Below, piece after piece: positions 1 to 9,909 of a stretch of 64,000 nucleotides of DNA. The position numbers were made by a program, and so were the translations under genes. Under the pieces are notes generated by a model. It saw only the letters and a list, made by a program, of their open reading frames with translations, did not search any database and was not told the origin of the DNA. The stretch spans positions 15,132-79,131 of the forward strand of contig JBQTHU010000061.1 of the NCBI GenBank assembly GCA_052389535.1, given 5' to 3'. This DNA is from Betaproteobacteria bacterium. Its GTDB lineage: Bacteria; Pseudomonadota; Gammaproteobacteria; Burkholderiales; SG8-41. Position 1 is the first letter of the stretch. Each line of letters begins with the position of its first letter.

Positions 1-240
1 CACGATGAGCCGTTTGTCGATGTGATGCCCGCGGGCACCCACCCCGACACGCGCTCGGTGCGCGGCGCGAATGTCTGCCGCATTGCCGTGCACCAGCCGC
101 ACGGCGGGGACATCGTCGTGGTGCTGTCGGTCATCGACAATCTGGTCAAGGGTGCGGCGGGGCAGGCGGTTCAGAACATGAACATCATGTTCGGGCTCGC
201 GGAAGACACGGGCCTCAACCAGATCGCGTTGTTGCCTTGA
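1..240 (+). CDS. argC: N-acetyl-gamma-glutamyl-phosphate reductase, C-terminal part (runs off the window start)
   Basis: Frame open from base 1; C-terminal signature [17 protein letters not shown]. Confidence 0.95.
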   Translation, partial: HDEPFVDVMPAGTHPDTRSVRGANVCRIAVHQPHGGDIVVVLSVIDNLVKGAAGQAVQNMNIMFGLAEDTGLNQIALLP

Positions 241-249
241 CGACGGGTG

Positions 250-999
250 ATGGCACTGCTGCGCGCGCTCAAGCAACGGTTCGGTATTTCGGCGCCTCGC
301 GTTGCGGTGCGCGCGCATGTCCCGTGGTACTGGCGCTGGCTGGGCATCCTTTCGATGGCCGTACTGGCTGCGGGTATCGGCTGGTTCACGCTCCATCCCG
401 CCGTGGTGCTGTCCGGTTTCGCCGCAGTGGATAACGGCATTTCTTCCGAGAAGAGCAGTGAGGAATCAGCGCGCCAGCAGCAGGAGCTTGCTGAACTGCG
501 GGCGCGTGCCGCGGTGGCCGAGCGGCAATTTGCGATCGAGCGCGCCACTTACGACGACCTGGTCCGCCAGATCCGAGCGCTGACGGAGCAGAACGCGGCG
601 CTGAAAGAAGATCTCGCTTTCTTCCAGACGCTGATGCCCGCCGGCGGCGGCACGATGGGAATCATGGTAGACCGCTTCCGGCTCCAAAAGGACATCCTGC
701 CCGGCGAGTACCGCTATCGACTGTTCCTGGTGCAGACCGGGCCGCGCGACAGGAACTTCCAGGGCCGTTTGCAGTTCGTGGTCAATCTGACCGAGAACGA
801 ACGCACGACGGCGCTCACCGTGCCCGCCGAATCCGAGCGCGACGCCCGGGAGTACAGGCTCGACTTCAAGTTTTTCCAGCGCGTGGAAGGAACGTTCAGG
901 GTAAACCCCAATGCCGTTGTGAAGAGCCTGCAGGTTCGGGTCTATGAGAAAGGCAGCGACACCCCCCGACTTGCGCATACCGTCCAAGCTTCATCATGA
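250..999 (+). CDS. DUF6776-like membrane-anchored coiled-coil protein
   Basis: N-terminal TM (PWYWRWLGIL...), coiled coil ending LKEDLAFF, C-terminal FKFFQRVEG; usual position between argC and bactofilin. Confidence 0.75.
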   Translation: MALLRALKQRFGISAPRVAVRAHVPWYWRWLGILSMAVLAAGIGWFTLHPAVVLSGFAAVDNGISSEKSSEESARQQQELAELRARAAVAERQFAIERATYDDLVRQIRALTEQNAALKEDLAFFQTLMPAGGGTMGIMVDRFRLQKDILPGEYRYRLFLVQTGPRDRNFQGRLQFVVNLTENERTTALTVPAESERDAREYRLDFKFFQRVEGTFRVNPNAVVKSLQVRVYEKGSDTPRLAHTVQASS

Positions 1000-1012
1000 G
1001 AGGAGCATGACC

Positions 1013-1420
1013 ATGTTCGGAACGAAACGCAGCAAGCCGCAAAGCCGCATCGATTGCCTGATCGGCGCCGGTACCGTGGTCGAGGGCAACATCAATTTCA
1101 GCGGCGGTCTCAGGATAGATGGCCAAGTGAGAGGCAACGTCGTGGCGACGCCCGACAAGCCCGGCACCCTTGTGCTGTCGGAGCAGGCGCGGGTGGACGG
1201 CGAAATCCATGTCTCCCACGCGGTTATCAACGGCACGGTATGCGGGCCCGTACACGCGCTGGAGTACGTTGAACTGCAAGCAAAAGCCAATGTCACAGGA
1301 GACGTGCATTATCAGGCGCTCGAAATGCACCTCGGCGCGGTGATGCAGGGGCGGCTGGTGCACGAAGCGCCAGGGAAATCCGACAAGGTGGTGAAATTCA
1401 AGCCCGCTGCAGCGGATTGA
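1013..1420 (+). CDS. Bactofilin (polymer-forming cytoskeletal protein, CcmA family)
   Basis: LIGAGTVVEGNINFSGGLRIDGQVRGNV beta-helix repeats; AGGAG RBS at 1001-1005. Confidence 0.9.
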   Translation: MFGTKRSKPQSRIDCLIGAGTVVEGNINFSGGLRIDGQVRGNVVATPDKPGTLVLSEQARVDGEIHVSHAVINGTVCGPVHALEYVELQAKANVTGDVHYQALEMHLGAVMQGRLVHEAPGKSDKVVKFKPAAAD

Positions 1421-1477
1421 CCGGCGTTCAGGGGCGCCGGATAATTGGTTATTGATGGCAGATTCCCAGGAGCAGAG

Positions 1478-1831
1478 ATGAATGCGGTAAGCGAAAAACT
1501 GCCGGATCCGCTGGTGTTCACTGACAGCGCGGCACACAAGGTGAAGCAACTGATCGACGAAGAGGGCAATCCGGACCTCAAGCTGCGGGTGTTCGTGACG
1601 GGCGGCGGGTGCTCGGGATTCCAGTACGGCTTCACGTTCGAAGAAAGCGTGAACGAGGATGACACCCCCATGGAAAAGGGCGGCGTCACGCTGCTGATCG
1701 ATCCGATGAGCCTGCAGTATCTCGCGGGTGCCGAGATCGACTACCAGGAAAACGTCGAAGGGGCGCAGTTCGTGATCAAGAACCCGAATGCCACCTCGAC
1801 CTGCGGTTGCGGCTCTTCTTTCAGCGCCTGA
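1478..1831 (+). CDS. erpA: Iron-sulfur cluster insertion protein ErpA
   Basis: [11 protein letters not shown] and TCGCGSSF motifs; AGGAG RBS. Confidence 0.95.
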   Translation: MNAVSEKLPDPLVFTDSAAHKVKQLIDEEGNPDLKLRVFVTGGGCSGFQYGFTFEESVNEDDTPMEKGGVTLLIDPMSLQYLAGAEIDYQENVEGAQFVIKNPNATSTCGCGSSFSA

Positions 1832-1847
1832 GAGCGAACTATCATCG

Positions 1848-1878
1848 CGAAAAAGGCGGCCTCACGCCGCCTTTTTCG
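1848..1878. terminator. Bidirectional rho-independent terminator
   Basis: CGAAAAAGGCGGC-ctcac-GCCGCCTTTTTCG perfect inverted repeat between convergent genes. Confidence 0.9.
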
Positions 1879-1905
1879 TTGCAGTCCCGCCGGGCCTTTC
1901 GAAAT

Positions 1906-3180
1906 CTAATCCAGGCGTGCCAGGTTGGTTCCGCGCAGCGCTTCGAGCCGCAGCGAGAGCGGTTGCGTGGCGGAATCGAACGGCGGTTTCAGCTCGGCGG
2001 TGATGGGCGGTGCGGAAGGCAGCACGACGCGCAACGGATCCTGATGCACATCGTTGATGCGGAATTCGTAGTGCAGGTGAGGACCGGTCGCAAGCCCGGT
2101 GGACCCTACGTAGCCGATGATATCGCCCTGTGTGACTCGCGCTCCCTTGCGCACGCCCGTGGCGATGCCTGACAGGTGACCGTACCAGGTGCTGTAGCGC
2201 GACTGGTGCCGCAATACCACCAGATTTCCGTACCCGCCACTGTGCACCCCGGCGAACTCGACCACGCCGTCGCCGGTAGCCTTGACGCGCGTCCCGGTCG
2301 GTGCCGCGTAATCTATGCCCTTGTGCGCCCGCCAGCGCTTCAACACCGGATGAAAACGGGCGGTGGTAAAGCCCGAAGATATGCGCGAGAACTCGAGCGG
2401 CGAGCGCAGGAAAGCCTTGCGGATGTTGCGGCCGCTCAGGGTGTAATAGCCGCCCTTGCCCTCGCTGTTCTCGAAATATACCGCCTGGTACGTCTTGCCG
2501 GCATTGACGAATTCAGCGGCCACCACGCGACCGGTCTTTACCAGATCACCTTGGTGGTAATAGGTTTCGTAAACCACGGAAAATCGGTCGCCCTTCCGCA
2601 GGTCCCGATGGAAGTCGATATCGGTGGAGAAGATATCTGCGATCTGTATCGCAACGGCGTCGGAGAGATTGGCCGCGTCGGCGGCGGCGAACAGTGAACT
2701 CGTGATGACCCCGGACGCCATCAGGGTGCGCGTCTCGAGCTGCGCCGGCTGACGGCGCACGTTCAAGGCCTCGCCCTCGCGTTCCACGGAATAGAGATCG
2801 CTGCCCGAAAGATAGCGCAGGCCGAGCAGCCTGCCTTCGCTGCTCACGCGTGCCCGGATGAACTTGCCCGGAACCAGCTGATAGAGGCCGCGCGCGTCCC
2901 GGCTTGCCCTCAGATACTGCAACGCCTCGGGGTCGTCCACCTGGAGCCTGGTCAGCACGCTCGCGATGGTATCGCCCCGCTGAATGCGGCCCTCGTGCCA
3001 GTATCCGTCGTGCAGTTCCGCTCCCGCAGGGAGTTCCGGCAGCGGAATGGCCTCCACCACCTTTTCCACCACCACGGTGTCCGTGATGGTGTGCGGTGCA
3101 ACGCCGAAAGCGGCGACCACCCCGACAAAAGGCAGTACGGCGGCGAGTACGAGCCTGCGGTATTTCTTGTTATGGGTCAT
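1906..3180 (-). CDS. M23 family peptidoglycan DD-metalloendopeptidase (MepM-like)
   Basis: HKGIDY and GPHLHYEF Zn motifs; N-terminal anchor; divergent from tyrS. Confidence 0.9.
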   Translation of the reverse strand: MTHNKKYRRLVLAAVLPFVGVVAAFGVAPHTITDTVVVEKVVEAIPLPELPAGAELHDGYWHEGRIQRGDTIASVLTRLQVDDPEALQYLRASRDARGLYQLVPGKFIRARVSSEGRLLGLRYLSGSDLYSVEREGEALNVRRQPAQLETRTLMASGVITSSLFAAADAANLSDAVAIQIADIFSTDIDFHRDLRKGDRFSVVYETYYHQGDLVKTGRVVAAEFVNAGKTYQAVYFENSEGKGGYYTLSGRNIRKAFLRSPLEFSRISSGFTTARFHPVLKRWRAHKGIDYAAPTGTRVKATGDGVVEFAGVHSGGYGNLVVLRHQSRYSTWYGHLSGIATGVRKGARVTQGDIIGYVGSTGLATGPHLHYEFRINDVHQDPLRVVLPSAPPITAELKPPFDSATQPLSLRLEALRGTNLARLD

Positions 3181-3330
3181 GAATCAGGTGTAGCAAGATT
3201 TGCGCTAAAATGGGCTGCCCTGCTTGCTACATGATTTCCCTGCTTTTTTTGGAGTAGCAAGCTTATCAGAACCTGAAAATCTGACAAGACGTCCAGTTTG
3301 GCGTTCCGAGCTGCCGCCCGTCCAGGAAAT

Positions 3331-4530
3331 ATGCCCTCCCCCGAAGCGCAACTCGAAGTCATCAGCAGGGGCTGCGACGAGCTGCTCATCGAATCGGAGC
3401 TGGTGGAAAGGCTCAAGACCGGCCGCCCCCTCCGCGTCAAGGCGGGTTTCGATCCCACCGCCCCGGATCTGCACCTCGGGCATACCGTGCTGATCAGCAA
3501 GCTGCGCCAGTTCCAGGAACTGGGCCATCATGTCGTATTCCTGATCGGGGATTTCACCGGCATGATCGGCGATCCGTCCGGCAAGAACGCCACGCGGCCG
3601 CCGCTCACACGGGAGGAAATCGCCCACAATGCCAGGACCTATACCGACCAGGTGTTCAAGCTCCTGGACCGTGACCGTACCGAGATTGCATTCAACTCCG
3701 CCTGGATGGACAGGTTTTCGGCGGCCGACATGGTCCGGTTGGCTGCCACCCACACGGTTGCCCGCATGCTGGAGCGGGACGATTTCAGCAAGCGCTACCA
3801 GGCCAACCAGCCGATCGCCATCCACGAGTTCCTGTATCCGCTGGTGCAGGGATACGACTCCGTGGCGCTCAAGGCCGACGTCGAACTCGGCGGCACCGAT
3901 CAGAAGTTCAACCTGCTCATGGGGCGCGAACTGCAGAAGCACCACGGGCAGCCGCCGCAGGTCATCGTGACGATGCCGCTCCTGGAAGGACTCGACGGCG
4001 TCAACAAGATGTCCAAATCGCTGGGCAATTACGTCGGCATCAGCGAGCCGCCGGCAGAAATATTCGGCAAGCTCATGTCCATATCGGACGAGCTGATGTG
4101 GCGTTACATCGAGCTGTTGTCGTTCGAGTCGCTCGCAACCATCCGGTCGTGGAAAGCGGAAGTCGCGCAGGGCAGAAATCCGCGCGACATCAAGGCGGGA
4201 TTCGCGCGCGAAATAGTGGCCCGCTTTCATGGACAGCAGGCCGCCGCGGCGGCGCTCACGGATTTCGAGGCGCGTTTCCGGCAGGGCGAAATACCGAGCG
4301 ACATTCCGGAGTATCGAATTGCCTCGGAGGACACCGGCGTGCCGATCGCGCAGGTGCTGAAGCAGGCGCAGCTTGTGGCGAGCACCTCGGAGGCGCTGCG
4401 GCTCGTTCAACAGGGCGGTGTAAAAATCGACGGTGAAAAAGTGAGCGACAAGACGCTGCGGCTCGCGAAGGGCGTGAGCGCGGTACTCCAGGTGGGGAAG
4501 CGCAAGTTCGCGCGCGTGACGATCTTCTAG
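3331..4530 (+). CDS. tyrS: Tyrosine--tRNA ligase
   Basis: [13 protein letters not shown] (HIGH), KMSKS, C-terminal S4 domain. Confidence 0.97.
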   Translation: MPSPEAQLEVISRGCDELLIESELVERLKTGRPLRVKAGFDPTAPDLHLGHTVLISKLRQFQELGHHVVFLIGDFTGMIGDPSGKNATRPPLTREEIAHNARTYTDQVFKLLDRDRTEIAFNSAWMDRFSAADMVRLAATHTVARMLERDDFSKRYQANQPIAIHEFLYPLVQGYDSVALKADVELGGTDQKFNLLMGRELQKHHGQPPQVIVTMPLLEGLDGVNKMSKSLGNYVGISEPPAEIFGKLMSISDELMWRYIELLSFESLATIRSWKAEVAQGRNPRDIKAGFAREIVARFHGQQAAAAALTDFEARFRQGEIPSDIPEYRIASEDTGVPIAQVLKQAQLVASTSEALRLVQQGGVKIDGEKVSDKTLRLAKGVSAVLQVGKRKFARVTIF

Positions 4531-4542
4531 GTCCGCGCAAAA

Positions 4543-5691
4543 TCAGAGGACCCGATCGCGTCCTGGGTTGCTCCGATATCTTGCCACGAACCGGCGGTCG
4601 ATACTGTCCTTCCAGCGCCATACCCACGCGCCTGCGAATGACAGCCCACGCCAGGACGCGACCGCGCAGCGATCGCCGGTGCTGATCAGCGCCAGGGAGT
4701 TCTTCTGAGGGGTATAGGCTACGAGCGGTCGTGCATTGAGCGCACGGCGCAGGTTTTCTGCAAGCGGAGGACCTTCGCGCACCGCGTACACGCCGGACTT
4801 CGGCACGGTCGCGCCGTCGATGGTCGCCACGTCGCCCGCTGCAAACACGTCCGGGTGCGAGAGCGACTGCAAGTTCGTATTGACGAGCACGAACCCTCGC
4901 GCGTCGGTCCGCAGTCCCGTGGCAGCAAGCCACTTCGGCGCCGCCGCGGTTGTCGCGAGAAGCGCGTGGTCGAACGGCAGCGGGCCTTCGCGATCCCGGT
5001 GTAGCGTGCCGGCGTCGATGCGCGTAACACGGTTTTCGAGATGAACGGCGATCCCGCGCGTGCGCAGGATGCGGTCAAATCTGCGGGCCGCCCCCGGCGC
5101 ATGACCCGAGAGGATACTGGACTTGTCGGTCAGCAGATGAAGCACCGGACCCGCGTCGCCGCCCGGTCGCTTACCCAGACCGAACCGCATCGCCAGGGCG
5201 AGCTCAACGCCGCCCGCACCCGCGCCGATCAGGGCGATGACGGACTGCTTCTGGCTGCGCTGCACGTTGCGCTTGAGCCCGTGCCAGGCTTGCACAAAGC
5301 GGGCCAGCGGCTTCACCGGCACGCCGTGCTCGAAAGCGCCGGGGATGGTGTCCCAATCCGGTGTCGATCCGATGTTGAGCGAGAGTACGTCGTAATCGAG
5401 CAGCGTCCCGTCGCTGCACTGCACGCGCCGGGCAACCGGATCGATACGATTTGCTGCCGTACGATGCAGCCGGGCGCCAGCCGCCCGGCAAAGCGCTTCG
5501 AGATCGATCGAGCATTGCGATAGTTCGTAATGCCCGGCGATCCATCCGGGGAGCATTCCGGAATAGATCGCGTGTCGGTCCGGACTCACCAGGGTGACTT
5601 GCACGCCGCTCAAGGGATGCAGCGCAAGTCGCCGTATGACTTCGACATGGCTGTGCCCGCCGCCCAGCAGCACCAGTCGGCTTATGGCCAC
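4543..5691 (-). CDS. FAD-dependent pyridine nucleotide-disulfide oxidoreductase (resembles the N-terminal domain of SelD fusion proteins)
   Basis: [41 protein letters not shown]. Confidence 0.8.
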   Translation of the reverse strand: MAISRLVLLGGGHSHVEVIRRLALHPLSGVQVTLVSPDRHAIYSGMLPGWIAGHYELSQCSIDLEALCRAAGARLHRTAANRIDPVARRVQCSDGTLLDYDVLSLNIGSTPDWDTIPGAFEHGVPVKPLARFVQAWHGLKRNVQRSQKQSVIALIGAGAGGVELALAMRFGLGKRPGGDAGPVLHLLTDKSSILSGHAPGAARRFDRILRTRGIAVHLENRVTRIDAGTLHRDREGPLPFDHALLATTAAAPKWLAATGLRTDARGFVLVNTNLQSLSHPDVFAAGDVATIDGATVPKSGVYAVREGPPLAENLRRALNARPLVAYTPQKNSLALISTGDRCAVASWRGLSFAGAWVWRWKDSIDRRFVARYRSNPGRDRVL

Positions 5692-5766
5692 GGTTCACCA
5701 TCAGTGATGCAAACAGACTGTGGAAGTCCCATAATTGGAAGCCCGTGCGTGTACCAGGAGACTCTC

Positions 5767-6765
5767 ATGCGGCGCGTCACACTCACCCAGTATCTCATCG
5801 AGCAGCAGCGCAATCATGGCAGCGTCTCGCCGGAACTGCGACTGTTGATCGAAATCATCGCGCGCGCGTGCAAAGCGATCAGTCACGCGGTCAGCAAGGG
5901 GCCGCTGACCGGCGTGGGTGAGGCGGTCGGCACGCAGAACGTGCAGGGCGAAGCGCAGAAAAAACTCGACGTCATCGCGAACGAAGTGCTGGTCGAGGCG
6001 AACGAATGGGGCGGACAGCTCGCCGCGATGGTATCGGAAGAGATGGACATGCCCTATCAGATCCCCAATCGCTATCCGAAAGGGGGGTTTCTGCTGCTGA
6101 TGGATCCGCTGGACGGCTCGTCGAACCTCGATGTCAACATCTCCGTCGGAACCATTTTCTCGGTACTGCGCTGCCCGGAGGGCGTGACGGAGCCCGACGA
6201 AAAGGCGTTTCTGCAGCCCGGCAGCAAGCAGGTTGCGGCCGGCTTTGCCGTCTACGGCGCCGCGACGATACTGGTGCTCACCGTCGGCAGTGGCGTCGTT
6301 GGCTTCACCCTGGACAGGGAACTCGGTTCTTTCATCCTGACGCAGGCGCGCATCGTGATCCCCGAGGACACGCAGGAGTTCGCAATCAACGCGTCCAATG
6401 CCCGCAACTGGGACCCCGCAGTGAGGCGCTATATCGAAGAATGTCTGGCCGGCACGACCGGTCCGCGCGGCAAGGATTTCAATATGCGCTGGGTCGCCTC
6501 GATGGTTGCCGATGTGTACCGGATTCTGTCGCGCGGCGGTATCTTCATGTATCCGCGCGATGCCAAGCACAAGGAGGGCAGGTTGCGGTTGATGTACGAG
6601 GCAAATCCGATGTCCTTCATCATCGAGCAGGCAGGCGGTGCGGCGACCAACGGCTGCGAGCGCATACTGGACGTCCGTCCCAAAGCGCTGCACCAGCGCA
6701 TGGGCGTGATACTCGGGTCAAAAAACGAGGTGGAGCGCCTCACCCGCTACCATGCCGAGAGCTGA
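5767..6765 (+). CDS. fbp: Class 1 fructose-1,6-bisphosphatase
   Basis: [29 protein letters not shown]; AGGAG RBS. Confidence 0.95.
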   Translation: MRRVTLTQYLIEQQRNHGSVSPELRLLIEIIARACKAISHAVSKGPLTGVGEAVGTQNVQGEAQKKLDVIANEVLVEANEWGGQLAAMVSEEMDMPYQIPNRYPKGGFLLLMDPLDGSSNLDVNISVGTIFSVLRCPEGVTEPDEKAFLQPGSKQVAAGFAVYGAATILVLTVGSGVVGFTLDRELGSFILTQARIVIPEDTQEFAINASNARNWDPAVRRYIEECLAGTTGPRGKDFNMRWVASMVADVYRILSRGGIFMYPRDAKHKEGRLRLMYEANPMSFIIEQAGGAATNGCERILDVRPKALHQRMGVILGSKNEVERLTRYHAES

Positions 6766-6780
6766 TCGCCCGGGCCGCGA

Positions 6781-7404
6781 TCAACCCCAGAGTTCCTTGA
6801 GCCGCGCGGCGCGGCCGCATCCCGTCTTGTAGTATTTGTAGCGGACCGGGTTCTTCCTGTAGTAGTCCTGGTGGTAGTCCTCTGCGGGATAGAACTCCGC
6901 AGCCTTCGTGATCTCCGTCACGATCTCACCCTTGAACGGCTTGTTCTTCACGATTGCCGCGCGCGACGCCTCGCCAAGTCGCCGCTGCTCCTCGTCATGA
7001 TAGAAAATTCCGCTGCGGTACTGCGATCCGTGGTCGCAGAACTGGGCGTCGCGCTGCGTGGGATCGATGTTGCGCCAGAAGACCTCGAGCAGCTTTTCGT
7101 AGCTCACCTTCTTCGGGTCGTATTCGATCTGCAGCACCTCGGCATGCCCGGTGCGACCGGTGGATATCTGCTCGTAGGTCGGGTTCCTGGTCTTGCCGCC
7201 CATGTAGCCGGACACGGTCGCGATCACGCCCGGCACCGGGTCGAAGGCCTCCTCCATGCACCAGAAACAGCCACCCGCGAAGGTGGCCTTTGCCGTCGCC
7301 ATCGGCTTCGTTGCGGGCTTGGCGGACTGCGCAAGCCCGGGCCCCGCTCCCATGGTGCCGAGGGCGTAAACAAGCGCAAGAACTGCGGTGCGGAACGAAA
7401 TCAT
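6781..7404 (-). CDS. msrA: Peptide-methionine (S)-S-oxide reductase with signal peptide (exported)
   Basis: AGGCFWCME, GHAE, FYPAEDYHQDYY; N-terminal signal ending GLA-Q. Confidence 0.93.
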   Translation of the reverse strand: MISFRTAVLALVYALGTMGAGPGLAQSAKPATKPMATAKATFAGGCFWCMEEAFDPVPGVIATVSGYMGGKTRNPTYEQISTGRTGHAEVLQIEYDPKKVSYEKLLEVFWRNIDPTQRDAQFCDHGSQYRSGIFYHDEEQRRLGEASRAAIVKNKPFKGEIVTEITKAAEFYPAEDYHQDYYRKNPVRYKYYKTGCGRAARLKELWG

Positions 7405-8228
7405 GGCATCTCCTGGTTGGACGCGAGTGTGGACCGGACAGGCATTGGTCGCGCCGGGTGCGGCTTCATTACACCGACCGCCATCGGTGGGCGCTTCCCG
7501 CGCCGCAGGTCGGCAAACGCCTCAAGTTCCCAGTGCCGGATGGCGACCAGCAGGCTCATCGCGGAACGCTTTGCGAGCGGTGCGCTCACGTCCTCGCTGT
7601 GCCGCTCCGAGAATTCCTTCGCGATGCGCTTCAGTTTCTCCACGACGCCGACGCTCGAGGCTTCCGTCAGCATGCCGTTCACCACCAGCATGAATTCGCC
7701 CGGGCGGTCGAAGCGCGAGCGGAAGTACTCGTTATGCGCCTGCTCGTTGAAGAAGCGCTGGATCGGCCCGTCCGGACGCCACGAAAATGTTCTGGAAACG
7801 AGCAGCTTGATGCGGTTGTTGGGCAGCAGTTCCAGAAATTTCAGATGATCGAGGCGGGTAAGCAACTGGATGCATTCGGCGCGGGAGAGTTCGAAAGCCT
7901 GCACGATCTGCTCGAACGTCACGTGATTCAACGCGCACACCGCCACCAGGAACAGCTTTTTGCTGGCGATGATCTGCTTTTCCTGCTCGTAGGTGAGTTG
8001 CGTGATCTCTGCGCCCTCGCGGTGCAGGATGCGCGTGAGCTCGGAGAATTCGATGCCCGCGATCCGGCATATGGCGTCGACCCGGCCGAGCGTGAAATTG
8101 CGCCGCGAGAACATCCGCTTGACGCTTGCCTCGCTCATGTCGAGGCCGCGCGCTACCTGCGCATAGGTGATCCCCCGCGCCTTGAGTTCGCGCTTCAGGA
8201 CATCGACGAGCGCTCCGCTACCCGCCAT
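7401..8228 (-). CDS. XRE/Cro-C1 type HTH transcriptional regulator
   Basis: LKRELKARGITYAQVARGLDMSEASVKRMFS HTH; stop overlaps the msrA start (ATGA). Confidence 0.85.
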   Translation of the reverse strand: MAGSGALVDVLKRELKARGITYAQVARGLDMSEASVKRMFSRRNFTLGRVDAICRIAGIEFSELTRILHREGAEITQLTYEQEKQIIASKKLFLVAVCALNHVTFEQIVQAFELSRAECIQLLTRLDHLKFLELLPNNRIKLLVSRTFSWRPDGPIQRFFNEQAHNEYFRSRFDRPGEFMLVVNGMLTEASSVGVVEKLKRIAKEFSERHSEDVSAPLAKRSAMSLLVAIRHWELEAFADLRRGKRPPMAVGVMKPHPARPMPVRSTLASNQEMP

Positions 8229-8398
8229 CCGTTCCCCCGTGCGGCCGCCCGGCCGCGGACGCCAAAGTAGCACTGAATAATACCGTCAGGCAAATCGCCG
8301 GCAACCTTTGGCGTCTTGCTTGCGGCGTCGTACGGTTTGCGGTCACATGACGCTCATGCGCCGGGAGGAGGCGCGTTCCCACCGGCAGGAGGATCCGC

Positions 8399-9238
8399 AT
8401 GGCACCACCGAAAACGGAAGACGCTCTCGCCCGTCACGCTGCCTCGACCACGCCAAAAGTCATGACACGCCACAACGGCCTCATATTTTACGGCCTTGCC
8501 GCCGCCTCTTTCCTCGAGACGGCAATCCCGCTCCATGCAAACGCCCTGCTGCAGGTTTTCGCTGATGATGCGGAGATCGAGCGCTGGATCGAGTGCTGCT
8601 GGTGGCCCGCGAAATGCGAGCATGCCCGGAACAAGCGCGCCTACATCGAAGCGACGTGGCCGGAATTCGACTGGAGCGCGGCGTACGGAGAGTTCTACGA
8701 TGCCTACCGGCCGCTTGCCGCGCCGCAGCGCCCGCCATGCGGCCCGGCCCGGGAGGCGCTCGCGCGCAGCGCTGCCGCCGCGCAGGCGAGCGCGTTCTAC
8801 CGGTGCCTCGGAACGGCCGCCGACGATAATGAATTGCGCTGCATGCTCTACCGGATGGCGTCCGATGAATCGGGGCATTTCGCCTGTTTCCGGCGGCTCT
8901 TCGTGCGGCTCAACCGGGGCGATCGCCTCGGGCTGCTCACCACGTATCGCACCATAGTTGCCTGCGCCACCCGGGCGCGCGATGTAGACGTGCAGCTCGC
9001 GTTCACGCATCTCGGCTCGAAGCACTGGTATGGCGAGACGCCGTTTCCGCAACTCGAATACCGTGAGTTCGTGCTGCGCATGGGGGAGGTCGTGCGTCGA
9101 CACTTGCCGCTTGGCGTTGCGCAGCGCGTCCTCTTCCGCCCGTGGTGGCAGGCTCGCGCCTTGCGCCCGCTGCCGGCACGCAGGCCGGCGAGCCGTTCCC
9201 GCGTGGTGGCGGGCCGTCAGGTCCAGGCAAACGCATAG
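8399..9238 (+). CDS. Ferritin-like (di-iron four-helix) domain protein, apparently degenerate
   Basis: SFLE, WPEFDW, DESGH motifs; AGGAGG RBS. Confidence 0.7.
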   Translation: MAPPKTEDALARHAASTTPKVMTRHNGLIFYGLAAASFLETAIPLHANALLQVFADDAEIERWIECCWWPAKCEHARNKRAYIEATWPEFDWSAAYGEFYDAYRPLAAPQRPPCGPAREALARSAAAAQASAFYRCLGTAADDNELRCMLYRMASDESGHFACFRRLFVRLNRGDRLGLLTTYRTIVACATRARDVDVQLAFTHLGSKHWYGETPFPQLEYREFVLRMGEVVRRHLPLGVAQRVLFRPWWQARALRPLPARRPASRSRVVAGRQVQANA

Positions 9239-9324
9239 CGAGTAAGGTTTCGCTGAACCGGGCGACTATAATCGCCGGAACGGGCTCGCGCATTTGCGGG
9301 CCCGCTTCATCAGCAGGAGCCTAT

Positions 9325-9897
9325 ATGGAATCGAGTGCAGCAAGCCGTGTGTCCGGCGCGAAGGAAGTCGCCACACTGGGCGGCGGCTGTTTCTGGTGCC
9401 TGGAGGCGGTATACCTCGGCTTGCGCGGCGTGGAATCGGCGGTGTCCGGGTACATGGGCGGCAGCCAGGCCCATCCGACCTACGAAGCGGTGTGCCGCGG
9501 CGACACCGGACATGCCGAAGTGGTTCAGGTGACGTTCGATCCGGCGGCGGTGTCGCTCGAGGAAATACTCGAGGTGTTCTTCGTCATCCACGACCCGACC
9601 ACCAGGGACCGGCAGGGGAACGACGTGGGAACGCAGTACCGCTCGGTGATCTTCTACCATACCTCCGGGCAGAAAGCCGTGGCCGAGAAAGTGATGGGCC
9701 GGTTGAGCGCTGCAGGACTATGGCGCAAGCCGGTGGTGACCGAGGTGGCCCCCGCCGCGATGTTCTATCGCGCGGAGGAGTATCACCAGAGTTATTTCGA
9801 GCGCAATCCGTATCAGCCGTACTGCCAGTTCGTGGTGGCGCCCAAGGTCGCCAAGTTCAGGAAGGAGTTCCTGGGAAAACTGAAGAAGGCCGGATAA
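9325..9897 (+). CDS. msrA: Peptide-methionine (S)-S-oxide reductase, cytoplasmic
   Basis: GGGCFWCLE, GHAEVV, GNDVGTQYRS, AEEYHQ, QPYC. Confidence 0.95.
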   Translation: MESSAASRVSGAKEVATLGGGCFWCLEAVYLGLRGVESAVSGYMGGSQAHPTYEAVCRGDTGHAEVVQVTFDPAAVSLEEILEVFFVIHDPTTRDRQGNDVGTQYRSVIFYHTSGQKAVAEKVMGRLSAAGLWRKPVVTEVAPAAMFYRAEEYHQSYFERNPYQPYCQFVVAPKVAKFRKEFLGKLKKAG

Positions 9898-9909
9898 CGG
9901 CTCGGGCGG

